A stretch of 64,000 bases of DNA from Hydractinia symbiolongicarpus (Eukaryota): the NCBI RefSeq assembly GCF_029227915.1, contig NC_079887.1:16160214-16224213 (forward strand), given 5' to 3'. Shown here in pieces: positions 1 to 11,890 of this stretch (within the stretch, counting starts at the first letter, position 1; every line of letters begins with the position of its first letter). A model generated the notes under the pieces. That model worked only from the letters and a program-made list of their open reading frames with translations, was not told the DNA's origin and made no database searches. A program made the translations under genes and the position numbers.

Positions 1-375
1 TGAAGCTGTCTGAGCAAAAATATTGCATTTGTAGTGCCTATTACACTCGACTGCCACTCACTCGGAATAGCACCATCCTTTATAATCTGGTTAGCAAGAC
101 TTGTAATAAGTTCAACTCCAATATATCCAGATGCTTTTACCATCTCTGCAACAATACCTGATAATCCTGCAGCTTTGCCAATCTTCAATTTCCTAATATC
201 CTCCACTACCCATTCTGTCTTGATCTGCATAGCTGGCCCTTCTACAACATCATCATCAGACAAATTATCCTCATCCCAATCAAACTCAGTGTTAAGCAAC
301 CTCTGATAATAATTCTTCCAAGCTACCCTTTTCTCCTCCTCTGTGCTAGCCAAAACACCTTCATCATTACGTACT
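1..375 (-). mobile_element. LINE (non-LTR retrotransposon) ORF2 fragment, region just upstream of and into the RT domain; 5'-truncated near 375 and continuing past the window start
   Basis: Minus-strand translation reads ...KEVRNDEGVLASTEEEKRVAWKNYYQRLLNTEFDWDEDNL...IRKLKIGKAAGLSGIVAEMVKASGYIGVELITSLANQIIKDGAIPSEWQSSVI, the conserved pre-RT/RT motif pattern of LINE ORF2 (KxGKAxGxDGI ... IPxEW). The plus-strand ORF 34-306 is its antisense shadow. Confidence 0.7.
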
Positions 376-1040
376 TCTTTTAAATAAGAAATTAAAAAAA
401 GAAACATTGTGTATATCCATAACATCCAAACAATAACATATGCATTTAAAACTTAAAAATTATATTTCCAAAAATCTCTTAACAAATATGAACCAAATAA
501 TGAGGAGTTTCCAGAAAATGTGTATTACAGTCAAAGAGTAAGATTTGATGTTTCTCCAACCCATGCTAGCATGGAAAACAGACGTTAAGCCGAGAATGAT
601 GATGATGAATGATGAATGATGGTATAGCAGATGGTAAAAAAATCCATTTTTTGTTGTTTTTAGCTAATTTAAATTTCCTGTTTTTAACATTCTCATGCAT
701 GTAAGTCGGACCTTTCAGTTGAGTGCATTTAAACAATGCCTAGTTATTAATTTAAGGGAGATTACAAAATTATTTCTAAATTTCCAAAAAAATCTTTCGG
801 ACTATTTTTGTTTTGATTTTACAGCACTTTTAGAACGTTTTCTCCTCTTTTAAATTTTTTAAAATAAAACATTTTTATAAGGAATCGTCTCCGAGATCGT
901 TTCAAAAAAAACTGTTTCAAATAGTATATTTCAGTATATCTATTTTAGATCGTTTCAAAATCGTTCAAGGTGTTTCTTTTACATTCTTTTAACATATAAG
1001 GAATAAAAGAAATTATTAATCTTATAAAGGTCTCTCAATA

Positions 1041-2629
1041 AGGGATCGTCTCCGAGATCGTTTCAAAAAAAATCGTTTCAAATAGTTTCATTTTTTAATT
1101 AGCATAGCATGTGATACGAATTTGAAACAATTTTAAAGTAATGTTTAATTTTTTGAAATTGTTTCAGATCGTATGGAAATCGTTTCACTATTTTGTAAAT
1201 CGTTTCATTAAAAAATAAAATCGTTTTATAATCGTTTCATAATCGTTTCAAGATTGTTTTATTATATTCTTGAAATCGTTTCACATAACCATAATTCGTT
1301 TCAAAATCGTATCATTATGATCGTTTCAGTATATTTATTTTAGATCGTTTCAAAATCGTTTCAAGGTGTTTGTTTTACATTCTTTTAACATAAAAGAAAT
1401 TATTAATCTAATAAAGGTCTCTCCATAAAACCTACGCGCTGTCACATAGGTAAATTTCTACATCGTAAAAAATTGCGTATATAAAAACATTATTTATAAA
1501 GATTTGCTTTCGGAAATTGTTTCAGCATATTTATTTGAGATCGTTTCAGGATGTTTGATTTAAATTTTTTTTTACATAAGAAGAATAAAAGCAATAATTA
1601 TTAATAGAACTCATCACGTTAGGGCATCATTAGGTTGTATATCGCAGAAGTCGCCGGTGACATGCTTCGAAAATGCTTGTCACCGGCACAGTTTAACATG
1701 AAGCAAAACTGTACAGGAGACTCAATTGTTAGAGTCTTCGCAGAACATCTCTTCTCACAAAACCAAGGGCAGGGCTGACTTATTGCCTGCTGTGTCGTGT
1801 GGGAGAAAGAACTTCTGGACTTCTTTTTAATACGATATACAATTTTTTCGATTATTATTACGAATCGAATGGTACCACAGTATTTCAGTAGCCTGAGTGA
1901 TTTTAGTTAGTGATAATGGCTTAACTTACTAAAAATAGATTTTTTTTCTCTGTAAATACCAGCTGTTCATTGACGTCATACCGATTGTGAGTAAAATTGT
2001 ACCTGTTTCAAAACATGAAATTGTTTAATATGATTTAAGAATGCTGAACGTCGAGAGCGTGTTTACGTTTTTCGGGGGCACTTGCAAACTTTTTTAACTA
2101 TCGCTAATATAACGACGTGGGAGAAAAGAAAGAGAATAAATTTTTGCTGAAATATCATAACAAACACTATTTACACACTTTTTATAAAAACATATACAAA
2201 AATAACGGTATGTTAATGATTTTATTAGTTCATTACGTTGTTTTCTTTTTCTTCCAACATTTTTTTGACAACAACCCTTATTAACAAGTTCGTTCATATT
2301 TGTAATGGTTTCAAAATCGTCTTTAAAATTTTTTCTAGCCAGTGAAAGTATTGTTTTTAGTCGATTTGGAGAGAGGGCTGTTTTGACAATCGTATCAAAT
2401 CGTTTTAGAATTTTTTCTAATCGTTTCAAAATAGTTTCAAAATCGTTTCACAATCGTTTCACAATCGTTTCATTTTTAACAAAATCGTTTCGCAAATAAA
2501 ATATGAAACATTTAATTCGTTTCATGATACGATTATGAAACGATGTAAAAAAATTATTGAAACGATTTCCATCGTATGGAAATCGTTTCAATTCGTATCA
2601 AAACTGAAACGATCTTGGAGACGATCCCT
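1041..2629. mobile_element. Inner ~1.6-kb MITE copy (TIR to TIR) of the ATCGTTTCA family. It carries three ~110-bp internal subunits (925-1035, 1290-1440, 1510-1610) and the ~230-bp repeat X.
   Basis: TIR AGGGATCGTCTCCGAGATCGTTTCA at 1041-1065 and its reverse complement at 2604-2629. Dense ATCGTTTCA repeats lie at 1180-1340 and 2380-2600. Confidence 0.5.
1598..1832 (+). repeat. Repeat X, ~230 bp, with an internal hairpin (GCCGGTGACATGC...GCTTGTCACCGGC); an inverted copy is present at 59452-59672
   Basis: About 85% identity to the reverse complement of 59452-59672 by direct comparison. Confidence 0.6.
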
Positions 2630-2649
2630 AAAACCTACGCGCTGTCACA

Positions 2650-3060
2650 TAGGTTTTTCTATCAGTGCTTTTCGTTCTTAAGCTTTTAAAATGCAATCTT
2701 TAATAAAGCTTTTTTATCGCCGCATTTCGTTTCTTAAATTTTTAAAATGTGATCTAAAAAAGCATTTCTATCGCCGTTTTTCGTTCTTAAACTTTTAAAA
2801 TGCGATCTCAATAAGCTTTTCTATCCCCGTTATTTTTAAATGCGATCTAAAAAAACATTTCTATTACCACATTTCGTTCTTAATTATTTAAAATGCGATC
2901 TAACGAAGCTTCTCTATCGCCGTTCTTCATTCTTAAATTTTTAAAATGCAATCTAAAAAAGCATTTCTATCGCCGCATTTTGTTCTTAAATTTTTAAAAT
3001 GCGATCTAACGAAGCTTTTCTATCACCGTTCTTTGTTCTTAATTTTTTTTCATCGCAATA
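2650..3060. repeat. Minisatellite, ~64-bp unit x ~6 (AAGC(A/T)TTTCTATCGCCG(C/T)ATTTCGTTCTTAAATTTTTAAAATGCGATCTAA...)
   Basis: Tandem periodicity is visible directly in the sequence. Confidence 0.75.
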
Positions 3061-4857
3061 TTTTTCATTTTAAAGGAAATTGTTACTTTTAAGAAAAACT
3101 GTTTATTTTTAGTTTTGAAAAACTGTTTTACGATATTTACGATAACAGATGTTGTTGATGATGTGATGTTGTGTTGAATAAAAGAAAGAGAAACAATAAT
3201 TTTACATTTATATATAAGTTTAATTGGTTTTTAATTAGTTCAACATCGTTACAAAATTCGTTTCAATAACTTCAAAGACTTTTACATCGTATCACAAATA
3301 ATATTTGGACAATCATATCAAATCGTTTCAATTCTTATAAAAACTGAAACGATCTTGGAGACGATCCCTTAAGCAATAAGGATTACAGGCTTCAGTGCTA
3401 TTGTTGTATTATACTAAAGATGTTCAGTCCTCAAAGCTGCCGGGTACACAGGCACTGTTATAAATTAAAAGTGAGAGGATTTACCTATTATTTTAACAAA
3501 AAAAAACATAAGAAATTAAAGTATATACTATTATATAACTTTTAAATCTTTAATTTTTCAGGAAATTCATAACTCTTCTTCTTCCTTACTTGGAAATAAA
3601 TCAAAAATGTTAATTTCTTTTACGTGCCTTAAAGACAAATGGTCTTTGGTTTGACACAAAGCGCACACATAAGTACTTTGCAAGCATTTGTAAGTTGGCT
3701 ATAAAAGTTCAGCACGTCAAACAGTCTTACCTTCTTTTACTGACTCACATTTTTATTTATATACTCAGCTATATTTTTATATTAGGAAGCTAGAATTGTG
3801 CCAGGACTGCAGGAGGACATTTATATAGGGCTTAAAATTAAATTTCTGAAAGCATAGGAATAAAGAAAAAGAAAGAAAATATAGCTAGTGTCTTGGCTAT
3901 ATCTAAGCTAGTATAATGTGTCCTTCTTGCTTCCAAACGCACTTTTAAGAATCATACCCAAAACAAAATATTTACCCGGGGATTGTAGCTCAGTTGCTGC
4001 ATTAATATTGTCAGGACATGCGATTCTTTCTTGTTTCGGTTTTTCATCTTCCATTTTAAATACTTTTTTTCTTAGCAGTCATTTTTTGACATTCAAAACA
4101 GATTGGTTGCGACGTAAACATAATTTTTTAAAAAAAATATTTACCACAAATTACAAATGGGTTCCTGTTGCACTCCTACATTATAAAAGTTAAATTATTC
4201 AAGTACAAGTGCAAAAAGCACTATGGTGGAGGCTTGAAATCTGTGTATGCACCGCCCCCTAATTAGCGCCTACTGCGCCAATACCTACGCCACATACATA
4301 CGCTTTTTCCTTTGCATCTACATCTTCTCTCGCCTTCCCATTTTCTTTCCTATATATTTTTTTATATTTTTGACAAGTGTTTACACCACACAAGTAGAAA
4401 TATCGGGATGGATTTGATCGTATTTTGCACGATTGAGGGCGTAAAAAAACTTTTTTTAAAACACATACTATTCTTTCCTTTCTTACGTCAGCTACAGTGT
4501 AGCAGTCAATGAATTTATAAAATAACGTGAATGCTGTAATAAACGACCAGCCTCCAGAAAAAGCCTGCCTCCAGTAAAAGACCACTTCTGAACTTGAAAT
4601 ATTGAAAAAAATAGTATATACGCCCAATCTCCAATAAACACCCGTCTCTAAATAAAGTTTATCATGACTATGGTCAAAAAAGGCGCTTATTATGAATTTC
4701 ATCAAGCAATTACAGAAAAATAATGACACGGATTAATCTTTAAGTTTTAAACTTTCAGATGATTAAAATTATAAAAATATGGACACTGACTTTAATTTGT
4801 TAGGCGAAGAGACGACAGCAGGTGAAGAACAATTAGACAAGTTACTCTTTTGTGTTT

Positions 4858-5293
4858 AATTGTAGAGGGGGGGAGGTCAAATTGCACTTTTTCGAATTTT
4901 TCACCCCTAAAATCATTTTATAATGACCCCCTCCATTTTATCGAATTTTGAGAATGAGACCCACCTCCTCATTTTATTATCACCCCCCATAATAAGTTTG
5001 TCGGATATCACAAAGCAGCATCTTTTCTTATAATCAAAACACAACTCTCTTTTGGAACAAATCTCAAGAACAAATACTATTTACAGGTTAAAAATAACAA
5101 ATATCAACAAAATGTCAGCACAGTTTATTCCTTAAACATGTCAAAAGCATTGTTATCTTTATTTTTAGTTGTTTCACTAGTGTTAGTTTATTTAAAGTTA
5201 GTCGTTTTATCCCCCCCCCCCACTTTAAGAAATTTTCCCTGGAGTACCCACCCCCCCCCTGCTTATTCGACCCCCCCCCCCTACAATTAAGCA
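4858..5293. mobile_element. MITE-like element with poly-C/poly-G-containing terminal inverted repeats (TTAATTGTAGAGGGGGGGAGGTC ... GACCCCCCCCCCCTACAATTAAGC)
   Basis: The terminal ~24 bp at 4858-4881 and 5270-5293 are reverse complements. Internal C-homopolymer runs are present. Confidence 0.45.
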
Positions 5294-6003
5294 CAAAAGA
5301 GTACATCATTATTGATGTAAACTGCAAACAATTTTTGAAAGTTTATTTGTCATGAATTTACGACAAAATTAATTCAAAAATGGAATTTTGCCTTGTTGAT
5401 AAGTTGATAGCGGCGATAATATTCATTGTTAGTAGTTTGCCACTCTGTAATAACAGCTCAGGGGACACAAGACCCTGGGAATGGCTGAAAAATAAGAAAA
5501 GAAAGAGAGACTTATTATTAATATAAAATTCAACATATTTGATAATTTGAAGTTTGGTCATTTTTTGTCCCTTAAATTAACACCTTGGATGTTAAGACTT
5601 TAATAATAGTGCAAACTAATTAAATAAATTTTACTTATTCAGTTGAATGTTATTGAAAAAACCATGCTCGTGTCCAGGGTTTGTTGTTTACAGTCAAAGC
5701 CGCTATCGCTTATACCGCGGCCTCGATGTCACAAGGGAAAAAACCCTGAGAAGTAGGTTGTCAAAAAACATACGATGTTCTAAAAATTAATGTTAATTAC
5801 CATAATAGCTGCCATTCAAAGTACTTTTTTTGCTCGGCTTTTCTAAGTCACCTTGATGAGGGTTCATTCCCAGGGATTTTGGCCTTTTTGAGATATGAGA
5901 GCAGACGGCGAAACAGAAGTTAACACAAATCCTAGTTAGGCGTATGTCTACCACAAACCTTTAAACTGATTTTCATACTTCTTTTCAGTATTGGAGTAAC
6001 TTG

Positions 6004-6363
6004 TTATATTGGTAGGAGAGTTAAAAGAGGACTAATTTTTGTTACAATTCTAAATCTTTGCGAGAGTCGTTGAGATTTGCTATCTTTTATGTATCCGTCC
6101 CTACTGGAACTTGATGACCACCTGCCGTGTTTACTTACCATTCTGTCAGTGACGCCGTTATTTGCAGCAGCACTAGCTCCAGCTGAGCGTAAAGAATGTA
6201 ACCCAAAATTTTCCGGTACTTTTTGAATAGTATTCAAATGTTCGTGAAATGTTTTGCTGGCACTTTCGTAGGATGAAGAAAGGTGCCCTAACACATTGTG
6301 GCCTGTCTTTGTTTTCGCTAAACGACAAATTAAAAAATTGTTAGAACATCCTTCCATGACCAA
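6004..6363 (-). pseudogene. C-terminal part of a tyrosine recombinase (Crypton/DIRS-like transposon YR); remnant
   Basis: The ORF ...NFGLHSLRSAGASAAANNGVTDRMVSKHGRWSSSSSRDGYIKDS has the HxLR...G...I...GRW...Y signature (box II and catalytic Tyr) of tyrosine recombinases. No intact N-terminus is contiguous with it. Confidence 0.45.
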
Positions 6364-6607
6364 GTTGTTAAAGTAAATACATACGAAAAATGGGTCGGCA
6401 GGACAATGGTTGACTTCTGTATATTTAGATCTCCAATCTACCCGCTTTTGCTAAGCTCTTTTGTATTTAATAATAGTTTCCTTCGCGTAAGCCGCTTTTA
6501 GATAGATAGATAGATGTGCATATTTTACATGGCTAGCCTCACAAATATCGAGGGATATACCCTGTCTATTATTTCCAGGAGGGGCCATGGCTTAGATGGA
6601 GAGTCCT

Positions 6608-6850
6608 AGAGTATTTAATGCTCATTTTGAGCGACGCAGACCCAATTAGGGCCCGCGCTCTACTAGACAACTCCCGGCAACATCCAACGGCCCACACAGT
6701 GTGCCATCTTCCCAATTTCCCTCACATGGCTTGGGTTAACCCGGGGCTATGGTAACATTCACTCGCCCATGTTGAATCGCCGTCAAGAGGAATCGAACCC
6801 CGGTCTCCCGCACAGAGTACGAGAGCTATAACCACTAATCTACGGCGCCA
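6608..6850 (-). mobile_element. tRNA-derived SINE, copy 1 (tRNA-like head at 6775-6850 on the minus strand)
   Basis: The minus strand begins GGCGCCGTAGATTAGTGGTTATAGCTCTCGTACTCTGTGCGGGAGACCGGGGTTCGATTCCTCTTG (box A/box B-like, GGTTCGATTCC T-loop) but does not fold as a canonical tRNA. The body is shared with copy 2. Confidence 0.55.
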
Positions 6851-7533
6851 TAAAAGTTGTGGTAAATTTGCTGCTTTCGACTTAAGTGCAGTGTTTTGTA
6901 TCGCGTCTAGTTTTTCTTAAATACCAATATTGATGTGATCTGTTAAGAATAAAAGAATGTAAATAAGCCTCCTATATATGATTTTTTTAGTGGTTCTGGC
7001 TATTTTAATGCACACGTTCGTCCGGCGATTTAAGACATACGCCCGTCCGGCGGTCCCAGTTCGGCAGTTAAGTAATATACACAAGTCTGCTAAGGCATTT
7101 TTCACCCATGTGGCAGTTGTCCTTGTGTCAAATTCGTCACAGAGAAAATAACAGGATTTGATTTTTTAATCTGATTTCACTAACAAAGCTAAAGATTTAA
7201 ATTTAGCAAAGCCTTCAAATACGGTTTTACTGGTGGTATAATTATAAAAATAAGGATCTAATAACAAGTAATCTTTTGCAAGTTCGTAAAACTAATAGAG
7301 CGCCTTGACCGTTACAAAGTTTTAGATGATTTAAAACATCGCTCACTAACGAAATAGGGGGAACAACCAATTAAAATCACCGAACCAATTGTAAGTGAAG
7401 GCGTTAACACCACGTGAATTCGGACAAAAATATTTTGAGTTAAAGTTGTTAATTTTCTTATTTATGTCATCGGCGAAACGATCGACTGTAAAAATGCCAA
7501 GCTTCTGTTGAATGTAATCAAATGATTCATAAT

Positions 7534-7898
7534 CTATCCCCCAGTTGTCGGAATTCCTTTGTTATTTGCCTTCCTCGGGATCCACGACGATTGTAATTTG
7601 ATATTATAACTCATTGAAGCATTAAAGATTTCTAAAGCGACATTCGTTGCCAATGATAACACTACATCCTCTGACGCAGCTACGTCCAACGATACCATCA
7701 AATGTGGCATAAGTTGATTCTGTTCCAATATGACAGAAGATAAAGGCACCATTTCAGGTCTTCCTTTTCTGATATAGACAAGCGCACAAAATGAGACATT
7801 TCTTTTACGGAATTAGCTTTTGATATTAGTCTACTTAAAAACGGTCTGTTTAGATGAACTATTTGACATTGCAGTTTGCCTAATAAGGATAGCAGCAT
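7534..7898 (-). pseudogene. Possible N-terminal/core part of the same tyrosine recombinase (frameshifted), lying upstream on the same strand
   Basis: LLSLLGKLQCQIVHLNRPFLSRLISKANSVKEMSHFVRL resembles the YR box-I region (LL.F.G.LR.SE...I....S....I.I.SKTD..G..V.L). It is frameshifted relative to ORF 7534-7752. It is separated from the C-terminal part by the SINE at 6608-6850. Confidence 0.25.
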
Positions 7899-8451
7899 TC
7901 TTGTCCTTAGACTACTGGCTGTTAAGACCTGTTGCAGGTAACTTCCTGTGTTTTCAAGGGCTGGTATTTTTGTTTAAAGAAACTGTGAATTTAATTTTAT
8001 GCTTAAATAAGTCATTATTGTGAAAGGTTGCACAGTCTTGTGTTTAGCGACAGGTATAGGTAAAGATCTTAACATCCTTAAACAGGTGTTTAGGTCATTT
8101 TGGCACGCAGACAAATTTGCATGCGTCGTCCAGGTAATGCGAAATTTAGCTCCTAAGGTCCTCAGATTCTAACGGCAGTTAACTGCTCTGCCAACCTCGA
8201 TCCTTTTTTTCTCTTTTTGATATAAGTGATAATTTCTTTCTTGCTGTCCCTTATATCAATTCCCACTGCACTGTGTCTATCTTTTTCCTCCTTCAAATAT
8301 TTTTCTACAACTTATGGAGCTTGATGAGCCGATGGGTTGTTTTTGATGCGGATATTAGGTCGCTTCGCTTCGCATTTCAACCAATGCTAGATCCGTTTTG
8401 TAGACCGTCCAATACGTACTCACCTAAATCAGTGGCTAAATTGAGGCGTCT

Positions 8452-8642
8452 CAGAGTATTCAATGCTCATTTCAAGCTATGCGGACCTAATTAGGGTCCA
8501 ACTGTACCAGACAACTCCTGCAACATCTAACGACCCGCAAATTGTGTCATCTCCCCGATGTCCCTCACATGGCACAAGAGGAATCGAACCCAGGTCTCCC
8601 GCACAAAGCACAAGAGTTATAACCACTAAGCTACGGTACTAG
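8452..8642 (-). mobile_element. tRNA-derived SINE, copy 2 (same family as 6608-6850)
   Basis: The head ...CCGTAGCTTAGTGGTTATAACTCTTGTGCTTTGTGCGGGAGACCTGGGTTCGATTCCTCTTG and body are ~80% identical to copy 1. Confidence 0.55.
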
Positions 8643-9070
8643 ATGCTCTAAATATGCAGTCATAATCTAGGCACCCGTTATCTCTCACCTCCCTGGCTGC
8701 CTTTGCCATAAGCATAGTCTTATGACTATGCCATAAGTAAACTATAATCCACAATGTCTTGCATGCATTGGGGAAACAAAACACTGTAGAGACTTCAGCC
8801 CAAGAGGCGTAACCCGTAATGTCAGCCAAATCCACTTTTATGAGGTATTTTTGAATGATTTCCCGACGCGGGTAGGTTAGCTAGATTAACTGATATCAGA
8901 AGTTTTAAGTCAATGTACTGTGAATTCAAAACTTTTTGAACAAGACAACCCAAAACTGGAGCACAACATTTGGTGACTTTCACAGCTGCCTCGTTGGGGC
9001 CAGAGAGCAGGGCGGTAGCAGATTCTTCTCTCTCATCTCTTATAAAGTTTGGAGAGATCTAACCCTGTCT

Positions 9071-9241
9071 CTAGAGATGACCAAACTGGGCTTGTAAGGC
9101 TTCAAATTTTTCGTTAAATAAGTTCACCAGCTCCTGTTTCAAGCCCTCCCTTGCCACGACCGATGACATTGCCGTACTACTTAGTAACGGATCCTCGTCC
9201 TGTATAAAAAACATACTCGGCTGTTTGGATCGAGAGGCCAT
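9071..9241 (-). CDS. Candidate small ORF (56 aa, MASRSKQPSMFFIQDEDPLLSSTAMSSVVAREGLKQELVNLFNEKFEALQAQFGHL) lying head-to-head with FUZ; unverified
   Basis: An ATG-initiated ORF with a coiled-coil-like C-terminus sits ~410 bp upstream of and divergent from the FUZ start. No recognisable family. Confidence 0.12.
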   Translation of the reverse strand: MASRSKQPSMFFIQDEDPLLSSTAMSSVVAREGLKQELVNLFNEKFEALQAQFGHL

Positions 9242-9651
9242 GGTAATTGAAGACGATTGCAAGCACACAACCAGGTTTGTCTCGTGCGAGATTCGAGCTT
9301 AAATGATGAACATCGAGTAATCAAGGAGCACTGGTAACTACGACCTCCATTAAACTCAATTATACTGCGCATAATCGTCCTTTTCTTTTAGCCAAAACTT
9401 TAGCGTATTTAAACTTTGACCCCCTTTCTCTCTAGAGCCTATATATATGGAAAAGGGCCGCACTTTTGACGAAATATCTGCTAAACATTCGACTTTAAAC
9501 CCTTCGCCTAACCCCCCACAAAACTTGTTGCAGAACAGAACCCTTGCGATCATAACAAGATACGCCATAATCGACACTTGTGGGAGTAATCTGAGTATTC
9601 GTGAAGGAGCTAACTAGCTAAGTCTTTCCGTTTTTTAACTCTTGTATTAGA

Positions 9652-10905
9652 ATGGTTATGGAGGAATGGATTTCTAACGATCGCTCAACTAGGCGATTTT
9701 ACGTTATTTGTCTTACATTAGACGGTATTCCTTTATTTTCTCGGTCAAATGGCAATCTTCCAAATTTGCCATTTCCTGTCATGGGTTCTTTAAATGGTGT
9801 CCACATGTTTGCAAAAAATAATCTTACAGAATTGGGTTTTACAACAGCTGACAATGCCAGTATTACCTGGAAAGAATTTCATAAAATTAAAATTATAATC
9901 ATAAATTTTGACAGAAATGTTACAGAATATCATTTAAACTTAATGGTTGAGAATGTGTACAAATGCATGGTAATGACAATAGGTGAAAACGAATTCACAA
10001 AAATAAATAATGTTGAAAAGCTTAAAAAGAAAACAAAGCTGTCACTTCCACTTGTTATGAAATGTTTAAACCCAACGCAACTTTTGAGCAACGTTACTCA
10101 AACAACCGATATTGTCTTATGTTCTGAAATAGCTGTGATACAAAACACATTAAATGCTTATACTGAAGAATGTCAAAGTGAGTTTGGTTGTTTAATTTTG
10201 CATGGAAAAGTCATTGCTGGAACGGAAAAATTTTGGCAACTTCTTCCCATTGAAACATCACTAATGCTTCATCTAATGGAAACTATACCTTTACTTTCTG
10301 CATCAGACATTCCAATATATCTCCCAAATGGTAGCCCAACAGTTCCACATAGACTTATTGCCATCAATTTGCTCGAAAATATAAAAGTTATGATTGTATG
10401 TGGGCCTGAACCCTCACTACAAGATGTGCTACATAAATATGCGAAAAAATATTGGATGCCCTTGACACAAATACTTCAATCATGCTCTCGATTGTATCCT
10501 AGATGGTTTCCACCTGAGATAAAACTTGACATCAATTTGTTAGGATTTGTACTTGTAAATGTAACCGAAGGAAAATGTTTATCCTCTTTTCATCCACATG
10601 GTAATATGACAGGTGCTGATCAAGTTTATTTATCTGAGAAGGAGAAAAGAAAGTGCGCATTGGTTTCGTTTTATCGAACAGTTGTTGGTGATATTTTTGT
10701 AAGAATAGATGAAGAAATGAAATGCAAGAAGTTTCCTCATGAAGTTATAGAAACTTACAGCTGCACAGATCAATATAAATGTTATGCATTACAATCTTCA
10801 AACCATCAACTTTTTACTCTTTTTGGAAATGATGTTCCTTCATATAGTCTTGGGAATATCACAAAGCAGATTTTAAGACAATTAACTAAGGATAGAATTA
10901 TATGA
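9652..10905 (+). CDS. FUZ: Fuzzy planar cell polarity / CPLANE protein homologue; a single uninterrupted 417-aa ORF
   Basis: Colinear similarity to human FUZ over its full length: N-terminal GIPLFSRS (h: GVPLFCRS); [15 protein letters not shown] (h: [15 protein letters not shown]); NVEKLKKK (h: NVERLKKD); [17 protein letters not shown] (h: [17 protein letters not shown]). The length matches (417 vs 418 aa). Confidence 0.85.
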   Translation: MVMEEWISNDRSTRRFYVICLTLDGIPLFSRSNGNLPNLPFPVMGSLNGVHMFAKNNLTELGFTTADNASITWKEFHKIKIIIINFDRNVTEYHLNLMVENVYKCMVMTIGENEFTKINNVEKLKKKTKLSLPLVMKCLNPTQLLSNVTQTTDIVLCSEIAVIQNTLNAYTEECQSEFGCLILHGKVIAGTEKFWQLLPIETSLMLHLMETIPLLSASDIPIYLPNGSPTVPHRLIAINLLENIKVMIVCGPEPSLQDVLHKYAKKYWMPLTQILQSCSRLYPRWFPPEIKLDINLLGFVLVNVTEGKCLSSFHPHGNMTGADQVYLSEKEKRKCALVSFYRTVVGDIFVRIDEEMKCKKFPHEVIETYSCTDQYKCYALQSSNHQLFTLFGNDVPSYSLGNITKQILRQLTKDRII

Positions 10906-10909
10906 TACT

Positions 10910-11203
<294 letters not shown>

Positions 11204-11284
11204 CTTAGGGGATAATACAGGTAAAATACCATTATATGAGCCATATTGAGTCCACAAGTTTGGAACTAAAATGCAGGCCATTCC

Positions 11285-11890
11285 TTGAGACAAGTGCGAT
11301 TGCACGTGCACTCGCCCGCACACTCGTAAAAAAATTTACGAGTGCTTTTTATTGCACTCGTGAATTTTTTCTTTTTCTACAATATTAGCTATAGATTGAT
11401 GAAAAAAGCTTTTGTGATATTTAAACGATCTACAGCGATATTTTCGCTTTCTATGATGCTGTTTTATGATTTTTACATGATCTACAGCAATCTTTTTGCT
11501 GTCTATGATTCCGTTTACATGATTTTTAAACGACCTACATCAATCTCTTCGCTTTCTACGATTCAGTTTTCCTGATTTTTAAACAATCTACGTCGATATT
11601 TTTGCTTTCTACCATGTCGTTTTATGATCTTTAAACGATCCACATTGGTATTTTCACTTTCTAAAATCGTATAGAGATTAATTCAAATAAAATATTATAC
11701 AAATTGAAGCAATCATGGAGACCATTCCTTAGTATTCAAACATCATTTCTATACAGCTGTTATGTTATGGAAAACAAAAAATAGTTAGTGTGAAACACAC
11801 TTGCAAATATTTACATCGCACTTGTAAATTTTGCTTACGAGTGCGATTTTTTGCACACCATAGCACTCGTAATTTTTTTAGCGGGTGCCT
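11285..11890. mobile_element. MITE-like composite: imperfect inverted termini built from the palindromic motif ACTCGTAAAAAAATTTACGAGTGC, flanking an internal ~60-bp x5 minisatellite (11400-11660)
   Basis: 11290-11360 and 11800-11890 share the ACTCGTAA/CGAGTGC words in inverted orientation. The internal tandem unit is ...TTTAAACGATCTACAGCGATATTTTCGCTTTCTATGATGCTGTTTTATGATTTTTA... Confidence 0.4.

Larger units (their letters stand above)
877..3369. mobile_element. Composite non-autonomous Tc1/mariner-like (MITE-type) insertion(s) of the ATCGTTTCA family. Left termini TA|AGG(G/A)ATCGTCTCCGAGATCGTTTCA at 880 and 1041; right termini TGAAACGATCTTGGAGACGATCCCT at ~2604-2629 and ~3345-3369. Subterminal arrays of ATCGTTTCA / AATCGTTTCA motifs.
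   Basis: The left and right termini are reverse complements of each other (TIRs). The same TIRs bound the transposase-bearing copy at 60543-63622. Three of the four ends have a flanking TA. Confidence 0.6.

Noticed and set aside
34-306. Plus-strand 90-aa ORF at the window start
   Set aside because: Antisense shadow of the minus-strand LINE RT fragment; low-complexity S/T/I-rich, no homology.
4259-4729. 156-aa minus-strand ORF
   Set aside because: Low-complexity, no recognisable domain; sits in repeat-rich non-genic DNA. Likely spurious.
6775-6850. Possible tRNA gene
   Set aside because: Has a box B/T-loop, but the acceptor and D stems do not pair canonically. Followed by a SINE body shared with a second copy, so it is interpreted as a SINE head.
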